Assembly (NCBI GenBank): GCA_037308085.1
Contig: CP147779.1
Coordinates: 1,728,001 to 1,792,000, forward strand
Length of the DNA: 64,000 nt
Reading direction: 5' to 3'
Origin: Promethearchaeati archaeon SRVP18_Atabeyarchaeia-1
Lineage (GTDB): Archaea; Asgardarchaeota; Atabeyarchaeia; Atabeyarchaeales; Atabeyarchaeaceae
Below, in pieces: positions 10,441 to 20,821 of the stretch. How positions within the stretch are numbered: position 1 is the stretch's first letter; every line of letters starts with the position of its first letter. Under the pieces are notes generated by a model. That model was given only the letters and a program-made list of their open reading frames with translations, was not told the origin of the DNA and searched no databases. Position numbers and translations under genes: made by a program.

Positions 10441-10863
10441 TTGACACTACATATAAACTATGATCATAGATGTCCAAAGTGTAGCGCGTATTATATACCA
10501 TATGACAAGGATGTTCCCTGTCCACAGTGCGGGGTGGTGGAAGAAGAGAGGTTCGACTATATACCGAAAGCCGCGGCCTCCCTACTCTTCAACCTCGACA
10601 ACTATGGCTCGTACGCGCCAGCTGCTTGGTGGGTGAGTTCCCTTGCCGACCACATCCTTCTTGTTCTCTTCCCGGTGTTCGAACAGTATAGAAAATCGAA
10701 CCATGAAGACTTCGACTCATTCGCTTTGGACATTCTGTCAAAGAGCAACTGGGACGAGCAGAAATACCTTGAGAAACACGTGCACCGAATTGCAGTGCGC
10801 ATATACGAGAACCTGAAGGACATGAATAGAACTAGCGGGGATGGCTCCTCGTACTACACTTAG
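10441..10863 (+). CDS. Hypothetical protein with N-terminal Zn ribbon
   Basis: CPKC...CPQCG; 140-aa ORF. Confidence 0.7.
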   Translation: MTLHINYDHRCPKCSAYYIPYDKDVPCPQCGVVEEERFDYIPKAAASLLFNLDNYGSYAPAAWWVSSLADHILLVLFPVFEQYRKSNHEDFDSFALDILSKSNWDEQKYLEKHVHRIAVRIYENLKDMNRTSGDGSSYYT

Positions 10864-10887
10864 CAACTCCACTGCCTCCCGAATAGG

Positions 10888-10916
10888 GAGCAACCGACGT
10901 GTCCTTAGTGCTGAAA
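10888..10916 (+). pseudogene. Possible decayed nadE 3' scar
   Basis: GAGCA..CGACGT..TTAGTGCTGAAA (E..RR..LVLK) versus nadE EHKRRGGIVLK; very short. Confidence 0.25.
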
Positions 10917-11016
10917 TATCCTCTATCATTCCCCTTAAGAAGCGGTTTTTTGTCTGAAAGGATCCATATTAGTTTAAGTTCTATCTGGATCCTGTCTCAC
11001 ACCGTAGCATGCTAGA

Positions 11017-11760
11017 ATGGTGATTGTACTGCCCAAGAAAGTAATTTTACAGAAAGACTATGCCATCCTCAACTTGGGGTTCAGGTTCCTCATCTACCCA
11101 TTGAACACTTCCTTCATCAGAAACTTGGATCCTTCATTCATGGACAAGTGGATCCGTGCAGGATGGGCCACCGACAATACGGTCCTACTTGAGCTCAACC
11201 ATATGACTATCCCCACCTCAGGCTACCCCGACAGGAGTCCCGCATCGGCTATATTCTCAGGCGTGGTATGTGCATGGGATGCCAACAAGTACTTAAGATT
11301 CGTGGCATTCTCTAAGAACTATTTCCGCAACATCAGCCCTGTAAATTTGAAGATCGATTGCTGGCACGAGCAACGCCACGTGAGAAGCTACGAAGAATAC
11401 ATGTACGATGGATCTCTTCCTCCGAGTGAGGATGATGTTGTCGAGGAAGAAGTGAAACACGTGTATGAGACTTTGGGAGAGGAAGGGGTAAAGACGCGAA
11501 GTGATCATGCCCTCGCATCCATAGAGAAGTATAAGGACGCAGATGCGGTCCCCGGTCACGTAGTTCAGGTGTGGCTAAGAGAATTCTTCGAAAGCAGGAT
11601 CGCCAACTACAGGTCACAGACTAACCAGATCCCTCAGAACGAATACACTTCAAGAATGAAGGAAGCGAATGATAAGATGAGTGTGGTCGTTGCGAACGCC
11701 TACGAGAAGATGCTGCAAATCGACCCCAAAACAATATTCAAATACTCGCTGAAGCGCTAG
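11017..11760 (+). CDS. Hypothetical protein
   Basis: 247-aa ORF; no motif recognised. Confidence 0.7.
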   Translation: MVIVLPKKVILQKDYAILNLGFRFLIYPLNTSFIRNLDPSFMDKWIRAGWATDNTVLLELNHMTIPTSGYPDRSPASAIFSGVVCAWDANKYLRFVAFSKNYFRNISPVNLKIDCWHEQRHVRSYEEYMYDGSLPPSEDDVVEEEVKHVYETLGEEGVKTRSDHALASIEKYKDADAVPGHVVQVWLREFFESRIANYRSQTNQIPQNEYTSRMKEANDKMSVVVANAYEKMLQIDPKTIFKYSLKR

Positions 11761-11799
11761 CATCGGAGCAGAGGGGACGCGAATATGCGCCCGATTTTA

Positions 11800-11997
11800 C
11801 TACTCTTTCTGCTTCTTGTCCACTCTCCGTCTGATCTCTTCGCTTATCTTGCCGCTCTCTTTCTCTATTCTCGTGACCGTTTTCTTGTAGATATCTTTAG
11901 GGATTCTGCCTGATACGAAAGCCTCTGTCAAAGAAGTTTTCTCGTTTCTGAGTTCCTGTAGTCTAGCTTCGAGTTCCTCTTCTTTGAAAGCTCTCAA
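11800..11997 (-). CDS. Small coiled-coil / SHOCT-like protein
   Basis: Charged helical sequence with a SGRIPKDIY motif. Confidence 0.55.
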   Translation of the reverse strand: MRAFKEEELEARLQELRNEKTSLTEAFVSGRIPKDIYKKTVTRIEKESGKISEEIRRRVDKKQKE

Positions 11998-12132
11998 CTT
12001 GTATCCACCGTCTTAATCTCTGGAGAAGGCAACACGGCGATTGTATTCCTTTTTCTTTGCAGCACAACAACGTTGAAAGAAGCAACAAAGCTTTTAACGT
12101 TGCGTCGAGAAACTTATTGAAGATGTCGTAGC

Positions 12133-13092
12133 ATGTTTAGGAGATTGTTATCAATGGTCGATAAAACCAAACAGGATGCTGCTAGCTGGCGATCAAAAGG
12201 TGACGAGCTCGTAAAGCAGGGCAAATTCGAAGAAGCCATGAAATCCTTTGACGAATCTCTCAAACTTGATCCGAAGGACTATGCGGCGTGGAACGGCAAG
12301 GGCGTTGCCTTCTACCGACTGGGCAAGTTCGATGAAGCGATAAAGTGCTACAATGAAGCGACAAGGCTGGAACCAAGATACGCGACCGCTTGGTACAACA
12401 AGGGCGATGCCCAGAATAGAGTCAGCAAATACCAAGACTCAATAACTAGCTTAGACGAAGCTCTAAAGCTGGATTCCAAATTTGCCTTCTCTTGGTATCA
12501 GCGTGGTCTTGCCCTCCTGAATCTTGGCAAGGTTGACGAATCAGTAAAGAACTGCGATGAGGCAATCAAGTTGATGCCGAACCTAGCTGCAGCACGGAAC
12601 ATAAGAGGGGTAGCACTTTACAAACTTGGCAGATATGATGAAGCGATCAGGGACTTCGACGAGTACTTGAAGCTAGACCCAAAGAACTCTTATGTCCTCC
12701 ACAACAAAGGTGACGCCTTGAACAAACTCCGCAGGTCCGGGGAAGCGATCAAGTTCCTTGATGAAGCATTGAAGCTGAACCCGAAGTTCGCTGCGACATG
12801 GTTTGAGAGGGGCAGCGCCCTACTCGCTGAGGAACAATACCAGGCCGCTGCAGACAGCTTCACCGAATCCCTCAAGCTGGATCCAAGAAATACTAGGGCA
12901 CTCCTATTCAAAGCTTTAGCCTTTCACAACCTTGGTGAGTTCGAAGAAGCAGAGAAGCTGTACGATGAAGTCATCAAGATGGACCCGAAAGATGCAAGGG
13001 CAAAATCATTAAAGGGCAGGGCACAAGGCAGGCTGAAACCCGGAGAAGTGTACGCGTTTGGTGGAAGGAAGATAGACATAACGAAGGGCTAG
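12133..13092 (+). CDS. Tetratricopeptide repeat protein
   Basis: About eight 34-aa repeats of AW..KG....LG..EA..D..LKLDP. Confidence 0.92.
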   Translation: MFRRLLSMVDKTKQDAASWRSKGDELVKQGKFEEAMKSFDESLKLDPKDYAAWNGKGVAFYRLGKFDEAIKCYNEATRLEPRYATAWYNKGDAQNRVSKYQDSITSLDEALKLDSKFAFSWYQRGLALLNLGKVDESVKNCDEAIKLMPNLAAARNIRGVALYKLGRYDEAIRDFDEYLKLDPKNSYVLHNKGDALNKLRRSGEAIKFLDEALKLNPKFAATWFERGSALLAEEQYQAAADSFTESLKLDPRNTRALLFKALAFHNLGEFEEAEKLYDEVIKMDPKDARAKSLKGRAQGRLKPGEVYAFGGRKIDITKG

Positions 13093-13164
13093 CAGGATCA
13101 TTGATCAAAAGAAGAAAAGAGACAAGCTAGGTCGGTTTGCTTGTCTTCAAGTCATATTAGCCCA

Positions 13165-13947
13165 CTACCTTCCCTTTCTCTCTTCGTGAATGGCCTCATC
13201 TATCGCTATCACAAGTGAAATGACGAGTCTTCGGTCGACGTCACTGTTTATGACGACAGCGTAATTCTGCTTGAAATCCAGCATGCTTCCTCCAACGAAG
13301 ATGTCCTTCCACATGTCGGTCTTGTCTATCTCAGCGACTGTGTTCCCCATCATGTCGTGGATCTTGAAGCTGAAGCCAAGGAAATTGCCTTGCCCTTCAA
13401 GGATCTTCTGCCCGCGGGCATCTTCGACCCAGACAACTGGGTGCACCACTGCGAGTATCTTCTGCTTGACTCGACCTAGGAGTTGTTCGCGGCCATCCTT
13501 GATCTCAAAGGTGTCTCTAATTGCAGCAATTTTCCTGTTGATGGTTGCAGTTATTGTCACGTCATTAGCTTCACGGAACTCTGTCATGTGACGCAGGGAA
13601 AGGACTCGACGATACATATGACCTATAGCTTTTCCATTCTCGTCTAGGATATCTCCAGATCCCCAACCCCACCACTTCGGGTTAACCATGTAGTAGCGGC
13701 GACGTTGATCAAAGAGAGACATCGCTTCTGAAGGCACTGCCTCCGCCTGCTGTGGACGCTGAGGTGGAGGATATGTGGGAACTGTTTGGGGTTCAGGCAA
13801 GTTTGCTGGGGGCGCTGGCACGTCTATTCTTGCGGCAGCGTCCGCATACTGTCGCACTCTAACGGGAGCCCCGCAATCCGCGCAGTAATTAGAGCCTGGC
13901 CTGAGTCTGGCACCGCAATTCCAGCAATAGTTATGTACGTCTTGCAC
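13165..13947 (-). CDS. Zinc-ribbon + LURP-one/scramblase-like domain protein
   Basis: CWNCG...CADCG, Pro-rich linker, then a Tubby-C-like beta repeat ending in a hydrophobic helix. Confidence 0.75.
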   Translation of the reverse strand: MQDVHNYCWNCGARLRPGSNYCADCGAPVRVRQYADAAARIDVPAPPANLPEPQTVPTYPPPQRPQQAEAVPSEAMSLFDQRRRYYMVNPKWWGWGSGDILDENGKAIGHMYRRVLSLRHMTEFREANDVTITATINRKIAAIRDTFEIKDGREQLLGRVKQKILAVVHPVVWVEDARGQKILEGQGNFLGFSFKIHDMMGNTVAEIDKTDMWKDIFVGGSMLDFKQNYAVVINSDVDRRLVISLVIAIDEAIHEERKGR

Positions 13948-14130
13948 GATTGTAGATACCTCCGTTATGATCTGAGCAGCAACTACTGAGCTGGCTCAGA
14001 GTTGTTTGAGTAATGATTAGTAAGGAGGCTCTTTTATCCTTATTACTTTGAAAAACAAACATCAGCTTAAAACGATTACATAGAACGCAAACGCTACCTT
14101 CTGACAAGACGTTTCTTCCAGACGCGGTCA

Positions 14131-14167
14131 AGAAAGTCCACACCCTTCTGGGGTGGAATGAATGGCG
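14131..14167 (+). repeat. IS200/IS605-end-like palindromic repeat copy
   Basis: AGAAAGTCCACACCCTTCTGGGGTGG, similar to the copies at 21307, 28611, 62262 and 63255. Confidence 0.6.
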
Positions 14168-14229
14168 GGTCTAGATGGAGGAAGATGCGTCTGACTGGGC
14201 AATAGACATGGTGCATACCGAATCTGCGC

Positions 14230-15060
14230 CTACCCAAGTCCACGAACTTTGGGGCTGTTGGGTGCGGCGTTCACTGGGATTGATTTTGAAAGTAGCATGC
14301 GATCCTCTGACACCCTGACTCTGTAGGCGTAGGCTTCGACACCTCTTGACAGAGCATGGCATAAGGCCTCAGCGAATTGCGGGTCGGTTGACTTGTAAGG
14401 TTCAAAGCTTTCTGCGTCATCTCTCTGAACTATGAAGAGAATGCATGCTCTATCGTACTCGCCACTAGACTTCGCTTTCGTCAGTTCCTCAACATGTCTC
14501 CTTCCCCTCTTGGTCGGAGCATCAGGGAACAAGGCCACCCCACTCACAACCAAGTTGCAGGACTTGACCTCCAGCAAGCATCGTCTCTCGCTTGAATCAT
14601 TCTCCCTTTCAAGCATGAAGTCCAGCCTGCTTGATCCGTGCGTGAATTCGGGTTTTATCCTGTCGTACTCCATGAATTCCTTGATATTCTTCTGAACAAG
14701 CGCTTCGCGTACAAGTCTGTTAGGCATTCTCGTGTCCACCGACACAAGTTTCTCGCCCTTCCTCTCTTTACGGACGACGGCGAAAACATCGTACTGCGTC
14801 TTTCTCACTTTGCCTCCCGTCTCGGCACCCCTCGAATCCCACTCTCCTTCGACCCTTGGCAACCCGCCAGTCAAGGTTGAGCCTCGCATGCATCTAGTCA
14901 ACACTTCTGCTCCGGGGTAGAGAAGCTCTTTGAGCCTACCTGGGTCGGGCAAGTAGCAGGGTGTGATCTCATCGTTGATTCTAACGAGGGCAAGAAACCT
15001 GTTCGGTCTGCTAACAAAGGTTCCCCTCAGTTTCGGTCCTTCAATGAGCATTCGAATCAT
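14230..15060 (-). CDS. sfsA: DNA/RNA nuclease SfsA
   Basis: RPNRF, DPGRLKEL, SRLDF, EVKSC and FPDAPTKRGRRH motifs. Confidence 0.92.
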   Translation of the reverse strand: MIRMLIEGPKLRGTFVSRPNRFLALVRINDEITPCYLPDPGRLKELLYPGAEVLTRCMRGSTLTGGLPRVEGEWDSRGAETGGKVRKTQYDVFAVVRKERKGEKLVSVDTRMPNRLVREALVQKNIKEFMEYDRIKPEFTHGSSRLDFMLERENDSSERRCLLEVKSCNLVVSGVALFPDAPTKRGRRHVEELTKAKSSGEYDRACILFIVQRDDAESFEPYKSTDPQFAEALCHALSRGVEAYAYRVRVSEDRMLLSKSIPVNAAPNSPKVRGLG

Positions 15061-15189
15061 CTCAACGTTACGAGCGGAGCAATTCGACCTTTTCTCGCTC
15101 TTCTTATTTGAGGGTTACCCGACGGTAGGCCACATACCTCTAGGTTTAAGATGTTGATGGATGAACGATAACACAGAATCTGCCTTGGA

Positions 15190-16125
15190 GTGCGCTGTCT
15201 GATGTCCGCCGCTACACTGAGAACTCGCCATAGGGTTGTCTTCGGCGATAGTCGCAGAATGAGTGAAATTGACGACGGTTCAGTTCATTTGGTTGTAACC
15301 TCCCCTCCTTATCCTATGATCGAGATGTGGGACAGCCAATTCAGGAAATTGGATGGGAGAATAGATGACCTATTTCTTCAGATGGTTAGCGAGAAAGCTA
15401 GCGAGAAAAGGGAGGAGATAGTGAGTGAGATCTATTCTCTCATGCATGAGAACTTGGCGCAGGTCTGGAGGGAAGCCTACAGGGTTCTGGTTGATGGCGG
15501 TATAGCATGCATCAATATTGGGGATGCCACAAGAACCATCAATGGCACCTTCAGGCTGTTCCCAAACCACGTGCCCGTTGTGGAGCATTGCGAGAAGGCA
15601 GGGTTCATGTCTCTCCCCTACATCTTGTGGAAGAAACCAACGACGAAACCCAGGTACAGGGGCAAGGGCGCGTTTCTTGGCTCAGGGATGTTGCCTCCCA
15701 ACGCCTATGTTATGCTTGACTGCGAGTTCATCTTGATATTCAGGAAAGGTGGGCTAAGGAAGTTTAAGCCTAAGGACGCGCCCAGGTACGAAAGCAAATA
15801 CACCAAACAGGAAAGGGACAGATGGTTCACCCAGGTGTGGGGCATAACAGGGATGAAACAATCCATCACAGAGGTAGAGCGAAGGGTGGCAGCCTTCCCA
15901 GAGGAGATACCCAGACGGATAATCAGCATGTTCTCGATAGTGGGCGATACAGTGCTTGACCCATTCATAGGGACAGGGACCACGCTCAGGGCGGCAATCG
16001 AGCTCAGAAGGAGTAGCATAGGATACGAAATAGACGAGGAATTCAGAAAAGTGATTGAGCAGAAAGCCAAATCCGCTCAGAAGGCGACCCTTGAAGCGGG
16101 AATAGAAATCCTCCACAGGAATTGA
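15190..16125 (+). CDS. Site-specific DNA methyltransferase (N4/N6, beta class)
   Basis: VTSPPY motif IV precedes DPFIGTGTT motif I. Confidence 0.9.
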   Translation: MRCLMSAATLRTRHRVVFGDSRRMSEIDDGSVHLVVTSPPYPMIEMWDSQFRKLDGRIDDLFLQMVSEKASEKREEIVSEIYSLMHENLAQVWREAYRVLVDGGIACINIGDATRTINGTFRLFPNHVPVVEHCEKAGFMSLPYILWKKPTTKPRYRGKGAFLGSGMLPPNAYVMLDCEFILIFRKGGLRKFKPKDAPRYESKYTKQERDRWFTQVWGITGMKQSITEVERRVAAFPEEIPRRIISMFSIVGDTVLDPFIGTGTTLRAAIELRRSSIGYEIDEEFRKVIEQKAKSAQKATLEAGIEILHRN

Positions 16126-16308
16126 CGGCCGGCTTTGTCTTTCGCATTAGGATGAGGTTGGTCTTCTCACTTTGGCGAAATACTTATGAAAATCGGGGGC
16201 ATATTATAATATTAGATAAGTGTAGTCCATTGGACCGTTTAACCTTCTGCATGTTGTTCAATATGCCTCTTCGAAATGAGTCAGAGCTGAGGAGAGTGAC
16301 TTGACCAT

Positions 16309-17373
16309 TTGAGCTATGTTGAGAACGCAATGAAATGGTGTGACGACAAGTTTGGGGGAAGAGGAGAAGTCTCGTACGACCAGGTTCTTGCAGGTAGCAA
16401 GGGAGAGAAACATAAAATCGACGTTGTCGTCAAGGGCAAGGCAAAGAGTATCCCGGTTAAGTACAAACTCCTTAGATTGACCGAGACTAGACACGCCTAC
16501 AATAATGAGGTAACCTTCGTGAAGATAGTGGATGGCGTCTGCCATCTGAAAGACTTCGACCTGTTCGCTAAGACATGCGAAGACTTCGGAGATGGGCTTA
16601 TGGCAAAGCTTGACCCAAGCAGCGACGGAGAGCATCTCTTTCCGAGTTCTGCAATAATCATGGCGAAGGATGGCTTTGATTCAGACCTTCTCACAGACTG
16701 GTGGTTGCAGAAGGAGACAAACCTCAAACTAGATTATGGTGCCGGCAAGCTCTACCTCTTCAGCAAATACGTCGACGTCTGGGTTAGAACGGCTAAGCCA
16801 GATGCGTGCAAATGCTTTCTTGAGCTTTGGACGTGGAATAATGGCAACCCCGTCCAGGTTCTGCCATTCATGGATGAGAGGGGGCGAGAGAGGCTTAACT
16901 TCAAAGAAGCCCGTAACATTGGTCTCCCCAAGGTGTCGGAGTACGCGAGAAGGGAGGATAAGGCGATAGCTGGGTCAGAGGGTCTGAACATGTTGGACGA
17001 GTTGCTCGGCGTCTACGTATTCATGCAGGAGGGTAGCTGCGTCTTCGACCACAAATTCAGGGGCATGAAAGGTGACGCCAGCCTGCTCACCGGAGCGCTT
17101 ACAGCAATTTCATCAATAATCAAGGAGACTACGAGAAGTGAAGGCGGTCTCAGGTTCGTCGATCACGGAGATGTCAAGCTCATATTCACGGAAGAACCTA
17201 ATATTATCGCAGCCCTGGTTTCTACCCAATACCGGCAGCTTTTCAGAGTGAAACTTGAGCGTTTCGCACAAGCGTTCTATGATACGTTCAAGGAAGAGAT
17301 AGACAACTGGAAGGGCAATCTGAAAGCATTCAACGGCGCGCATGACTTCATCAAAGACATTTTCGAAGTATGA
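16309..17373 (+). CDS. Mrr-like restriction-endonuclease-fold domain fused to an Asgard-type longin domain
   Basis: N-terminus G.KG.KHKIDV...AIIMAKDGF; C-terminus LLTGALTAISSIIKE...DHGDVKLIF...LERFAQAF..F...W.G...F. Confidence 0.65.
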   Translation: MSYVENAMKWCDDKFGGRGEVSYDQVLAGSKGEKHKIDVVVKGKAKSIPVKYKLLRLTETRHAYNNEVTFVKIVDGVCHLKDFDLFAKTCEDFGDGLMAKLDPSSDGEHLFPSSAIIMAKDGFDSDLLTDWWLQKETNLKLDYGAGKLYLFSKYVDVWVRTAKPDACKCFLELWTWNNGNPVQVLPFMDERGRERLNFKEARNIGLPKVSEYARREDKAIAGSEGLNMLDELLGVYVFMQEGSCVFDHKFRGMKGDASLLTGALTAISSIIKETTRSEGGLRFVDHGDVKLIFTEEPNIIAALVSTQYRQLFRVKLERFAQAFYDTFKEEIDNWKGNLKAFNGAHDFIKDIFEV

Positions 17374-17379
17374 CTAATA

Positions 17380-17530
17380 TTCCCTGCAGAGTCCGATACG
17401 GGTTTTCCGTTCGTGCACTTGTGCCTTTGACATACGTTGCGAGGATCACCTAGCGATTCCTTCGGGGGTCTCGGCGCAACTCCCATATTCAATAATCAGA
17501 GAAACCTGTGAGAGCACGGCTCGCGATTCT
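17380..17530 (+). pseudogene. Possible decayed methyltransferase 3' scar
   Basis: FPAE...DSFGGLGAT versus parent FPEE...DPFIGTGTT; spacing differs by about four codons. Confidence 0.3.
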
Positions 17531-17696
17531 ACTAGCATGAGTCCAGCTGATGGAAAGCGGACTACAAAGACTAATATAACTCGAGAAGGGCAAAGCGTAC
17601 GTAGAAAAGAGATGCCCATTGATGGTAGAGATTGCTGGCTGATTTGTGGTGAATATTGCTGCTCTACAAGCCGAAGCATTTGGAGGTCAGAGGTCT

Positions 17697-18863
17697 ATGA
17701 TAGGTTTTCAGTTGACGGATGAACAGATCGCGCTGCGCGAGAAGGCTAGAAGATTCGCGCTTGAAGAAATGCTCCCGGTCGCCAAGAAATATGATCGGAG
17801 TGGAGAGTTCCCACGGGAAGTGATCGAGAAAGCATTCAAAGCTGGATTGATGAATCTAGCCGTTCCGAAGAAGTACGGCGGACCAGGATACGGCACGATG
17901 GAAGCAGTAATTGTCGTAGAGGAAATGGCTGCAGCCTGTGCTGGCATGACTACAACAATATACGTAAACGATCTTGGACTGACGCCAATAGTACTGGGCG
18001 CGAACGAGGCTCAGAAGCGAAAATTCCTGATTCCATTTACGGAAAGGCTCAAATTTGCCTCGTTCGCTACGAGCGAGCCGGGCATGGGATCGGATGTCGC
18101 CGGCATCCAAGCTACTTGTGACCGAGACGGGGAAAACTACGTCTTGAATGGAAGCAAGTTCTTCATCACGAACGGTGACTACGCGGATCAGTACGTTATC
18201 TTCGCTCGGAAACGGGGCACCAAGCGCCACGAGGGAATTTCTGCATTTGTAGTTCCTCGGCAAACGGAGGGGCTGTCAACCGCGAAGCCGCTCGAGAAGC
18301 TTGGGCATCGCGCCTCTGATACGGCCGCTGTCACCCTGAAGAATGTGCGTGTCCCAGCTGAGAATCTCGTTGGTGGAGAAGGGGGCGGGTTTCTGCTGGC
18401 GATGATGACCTTCATGCATACAAGACCAGCGATCGGGGCGATGGCAACTGGGCTCGCGCGATCGGCAATGGAGTACGCAATCAACTATGCTAAGCAAAGA
18501 GATGCCTTCGAACACAAGATCTCAAGTTTCCAGGCAATCCAAGATATGGTCGCAGATATGTACGCTCGCATCGAAGCCATGAGACTACTGACATGGAAAG
18601 CCGCATGGGGTCTAGATCAAGGCCAAAATGATAACATAGCCTCAAGTTGCGCAAAGCTCTTGGGGGCTGAAGACGCGATGCGGATCGCGACAGACGCACT
18701 GCAGATCTACGGCGGCAGAGGCTACCTCGAGAGCTATGCGATCGCCAAGTTGTTCAGAGACGCGAAACTGTACCAGATCTATGAAGGTACATCACAGGTT
18801 CAGCGATATGTTATCTCTCGTTATCTCTTTAAAGACTATAAGCCAGTTATGACCGGATTCTGA
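17697..18863 (+). CDS. Acyl-CoA dehydrogenase
   Basis: SEPGMGSD, NGSKFFITNG and IYEGTSQVQR motifs; GGAGG upstream of the ATG. Confidence 0.95.
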   Translation: MIGFQLTDEQIALREKARRFALEEMLPVAKKYDRSGEFPREVIEKAFKAGLMNLAVPKKYGGPGYGTMEAVIVVEEMAAACAGMTTTIYVNDLGLTPIVLGANEAQKRKFLIPFTERLKFASFATSEPGMGSDVAGIQATCDRDGENYVLNGSKFFITNGDYADQYVIFARKRGTKRHEGISAFVVPRQTEGLSTAKPLEKLGHRASDTAAVTLKNVRVPAENLVGGEGGGFLLAMMTFMHTRPAIGAMATGLARSAMEYAINYAKQRDAFEHKISSFQAIQDMVADMYARIEAMRLLTWKAAWGLDQGQNDNIASSCAKLLGAEDAMRIATDALQIYGGRGYLESYAIAKLFRDAKLYQIYEGTSQVQRYVISRYLFKDYKPVMTGF

Positions 18864-19007
18864 GGAATTGCGTGGAATAGGTAATCACTGGGAAAGAGTT
18901 CACAACACCCGAAACCCGTTCTATTCTCCTTTGCATTGCCGATTGGCAATCCTCGTCTTATCCACGTCAATGGAATGGCAGTAAAAAAGGAAGGCAGAGC
19001 ACCGCTC

Positions 19008-19331
19008 TCATTGCACAGAACTGCCACAGCTGGGGCAGAAGCGCGCACCTTCAGGTAGAGGATTGCTACAGTAAGCGCAGAAGTTTGGTGTTTGCTCAAT
19101 CGTTTCGGCTTCATATTCGCCGATAACCAGTTCACCTGTATCTTTGTCAAAGCCAATCTTGATTGCGATCTTAGCGGTCAGCTTTACAATGATGGACCTC
19201 AACTCTTCCTCATCTACGGAGAGTTCTTCCGCAAGCTCGCTGAGCTGAACCCTTTGCCCCTCATGTTCGAATATTGCCACAAGGATATCACTCTCAATGT
19301 TCCTTCCATCAGAACTGGTATTAGCAGACAT
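19008..19331 (-). CDS. PCI-like winged helix + double zinc ribbon protein
   Basis: LSELAEELSV.EEEL..II.KL....I.IGFD..TGEL followed by CAYC/CPSCG. Confidence 0.65.
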   Translation of the reverse strand: MSANTSSDGRNIESDILVAIFEHEGQRVQLSELAEELSVDEEELRSIIVKLTAKIAIKIGFDKDTGELVIGEYEAETIEQTPNFCAYCSNPLPEGARFCPSCGSSVQ

Positions 19332-19683
19332 GGATCAAACTACTCCTTCCTCAGGGTTGGTAACTAAGATAGACACACTTGCACTCTTAGATAAATATGC
19401 TTGTCTCTACGAAACGCAGCTCCTTTAGAGGGACATAATATTATCCGTCATTTCGCAACGTGATTCATTTGTGGTCGGGTCGCTTTGCCAGAAGCTAGTT
19501 CCTAGATCCCTTCCTTTTCCCTGAAAGGTTAATTAGAACAGTCCGCGGTAACGTATGAACCAACCCCCTTGGGGGCGAGATCACTAGAACCTCATGAGCT
19601 CTTAATCTTGAGCAATGCATGTTAGCTGGAGGCAGGATCGGTTCACAACCAGTAACATCAGGGCTTTAGGAAAGGTAGGAAAG

Positions 19684-20637
19684 ATGTACACACCGATGAA
19701 AGAGGTCAGTCACAAGGACTACTTGGAATTCATCAAGGAGCGCGGAACAGGTGTTATCATAGGCGACCAGCAAGTGGAGCTCAGACAGGAATGGAGAATA
19801 GAAAGCTATGCGCCTCCAGATGACTACAAGCCTGAGAAAGAAACTGTCTGGAGTTTCCCCAATAGGGGGAACTGGGCAACCCATGTGGGTGACTACAGGG
19901 GAAACTGGTCGCCATATATCCCTAGGAACCTGATCATGAGATATACCAAGCCAGGCGATCACGTGCTGGATCAAATGGCGGGTAGCGGAACAACACTCGT
20001 CGAGTGCAAACTGCTCTGGAGAAACGGCGTTGGGGTAGACATAAACCCAAACGCGGTCATGGTCGCGAGAGATCGCTTGAACTTTGAGTATGCGTCCTCA
20101 TCAGAACAGGGAAAGAGCTGCGTTATAAGAACCTACGTTGGAGACGCGAGGTATCTAAATGAAATAGCGTCGGAAAGCGTGGATCTGGTGGCGACCCATC
20201 CGCCCTACGCACGAATGATAATGTACACGAGGAAAAGTGCCGGAGCCTTAGATGGCGATCTGTCCTGGCTGCCACTGCAAACGTACCTACGAGAGATGAG
20301 CAGAGTCGCCGAGGAATCGCTGCGCGTGCTGAAGCCCAGCAAGCACTGCGCCATATTGATCGGTGACACAAGAAAGCAGTTACACTATGTCCCAATTGCC
20401 TTTAGAGTTATGCAAGCATTTCTCGACGCTGGCTTTATTCTTAGAGAAGACATAATCAAGCGTCAGTGGAAAATGAAAGGGACAAGAGAGCGATGGAGAG
20501 GCAAGGGGTACGACTTCTACCTTATAACTCATGAGCACGTTTTTGTTTTCAGGAAACCGGCAAGTGAGGAGGAGCTCTCTAGGTTTAGGCACAGCAGCCG
20601 CAACATGTTTCGGATGGAGACACGGGAAGACAAATGA
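19684..20637 (+). CDS. N4/N6 DNA methyltransferase (motif I before motif IV; TRM11-like)
   Basis: DQMAGSGTT, THPPY and HEHVFVFRKP motifs. Confidence 0.88.
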   Translation: MYTPMKEVSHKDYLEFIKERGTGVIIGDQQVELRQEWRIESYAPPDDYKPEKETVWSFPNRGNWATHVGDYRGNWSPYIPRNLIMRYTKPGDHVLDQMAGSGTTLVECKLLWRNGVGVDINPNAVMVARDRLNFEYASSSEQGKSCVIRTYVGDARYLNEIASESVDLVATHPPYARMIMYTRKSAGALDGDLSWLPLQTYLREMSRVAEESLRVLKPSKHCAILIGDTRKQLHYVPIAFRVMQAFLDAGFILREDIIKRQWKMKGTRERWRGKGYDFYLITHEHVFVFRKPASEEELSRFRHSSRNMFRMETREDK

Positions 20638-20821
20638 AGCGCAGGCAAAAGCGTGCTCTCCCATGTTCACTCGCTCTTTTTTGGGGCAAAGCACGCAATC
20701 AGCTTTTTCCCATTTGTCATTTCTATAGCCACATACTCTTTGCTGGGCACTAGACATTTATAGGAATTCAATCTGATCGTGTTTGGAATTGTCCCCTTAG
20801 GGGAGAAGGAGCTGAGAACAA

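Noticed and set aside
15190-17373. Canonical type II restriction-modification pair
   Set aside because: The downstream protein seems to lack the catalytic E-x-K, carries a longin domain, and is separated by an AT-rich spacer of about 180 bp.
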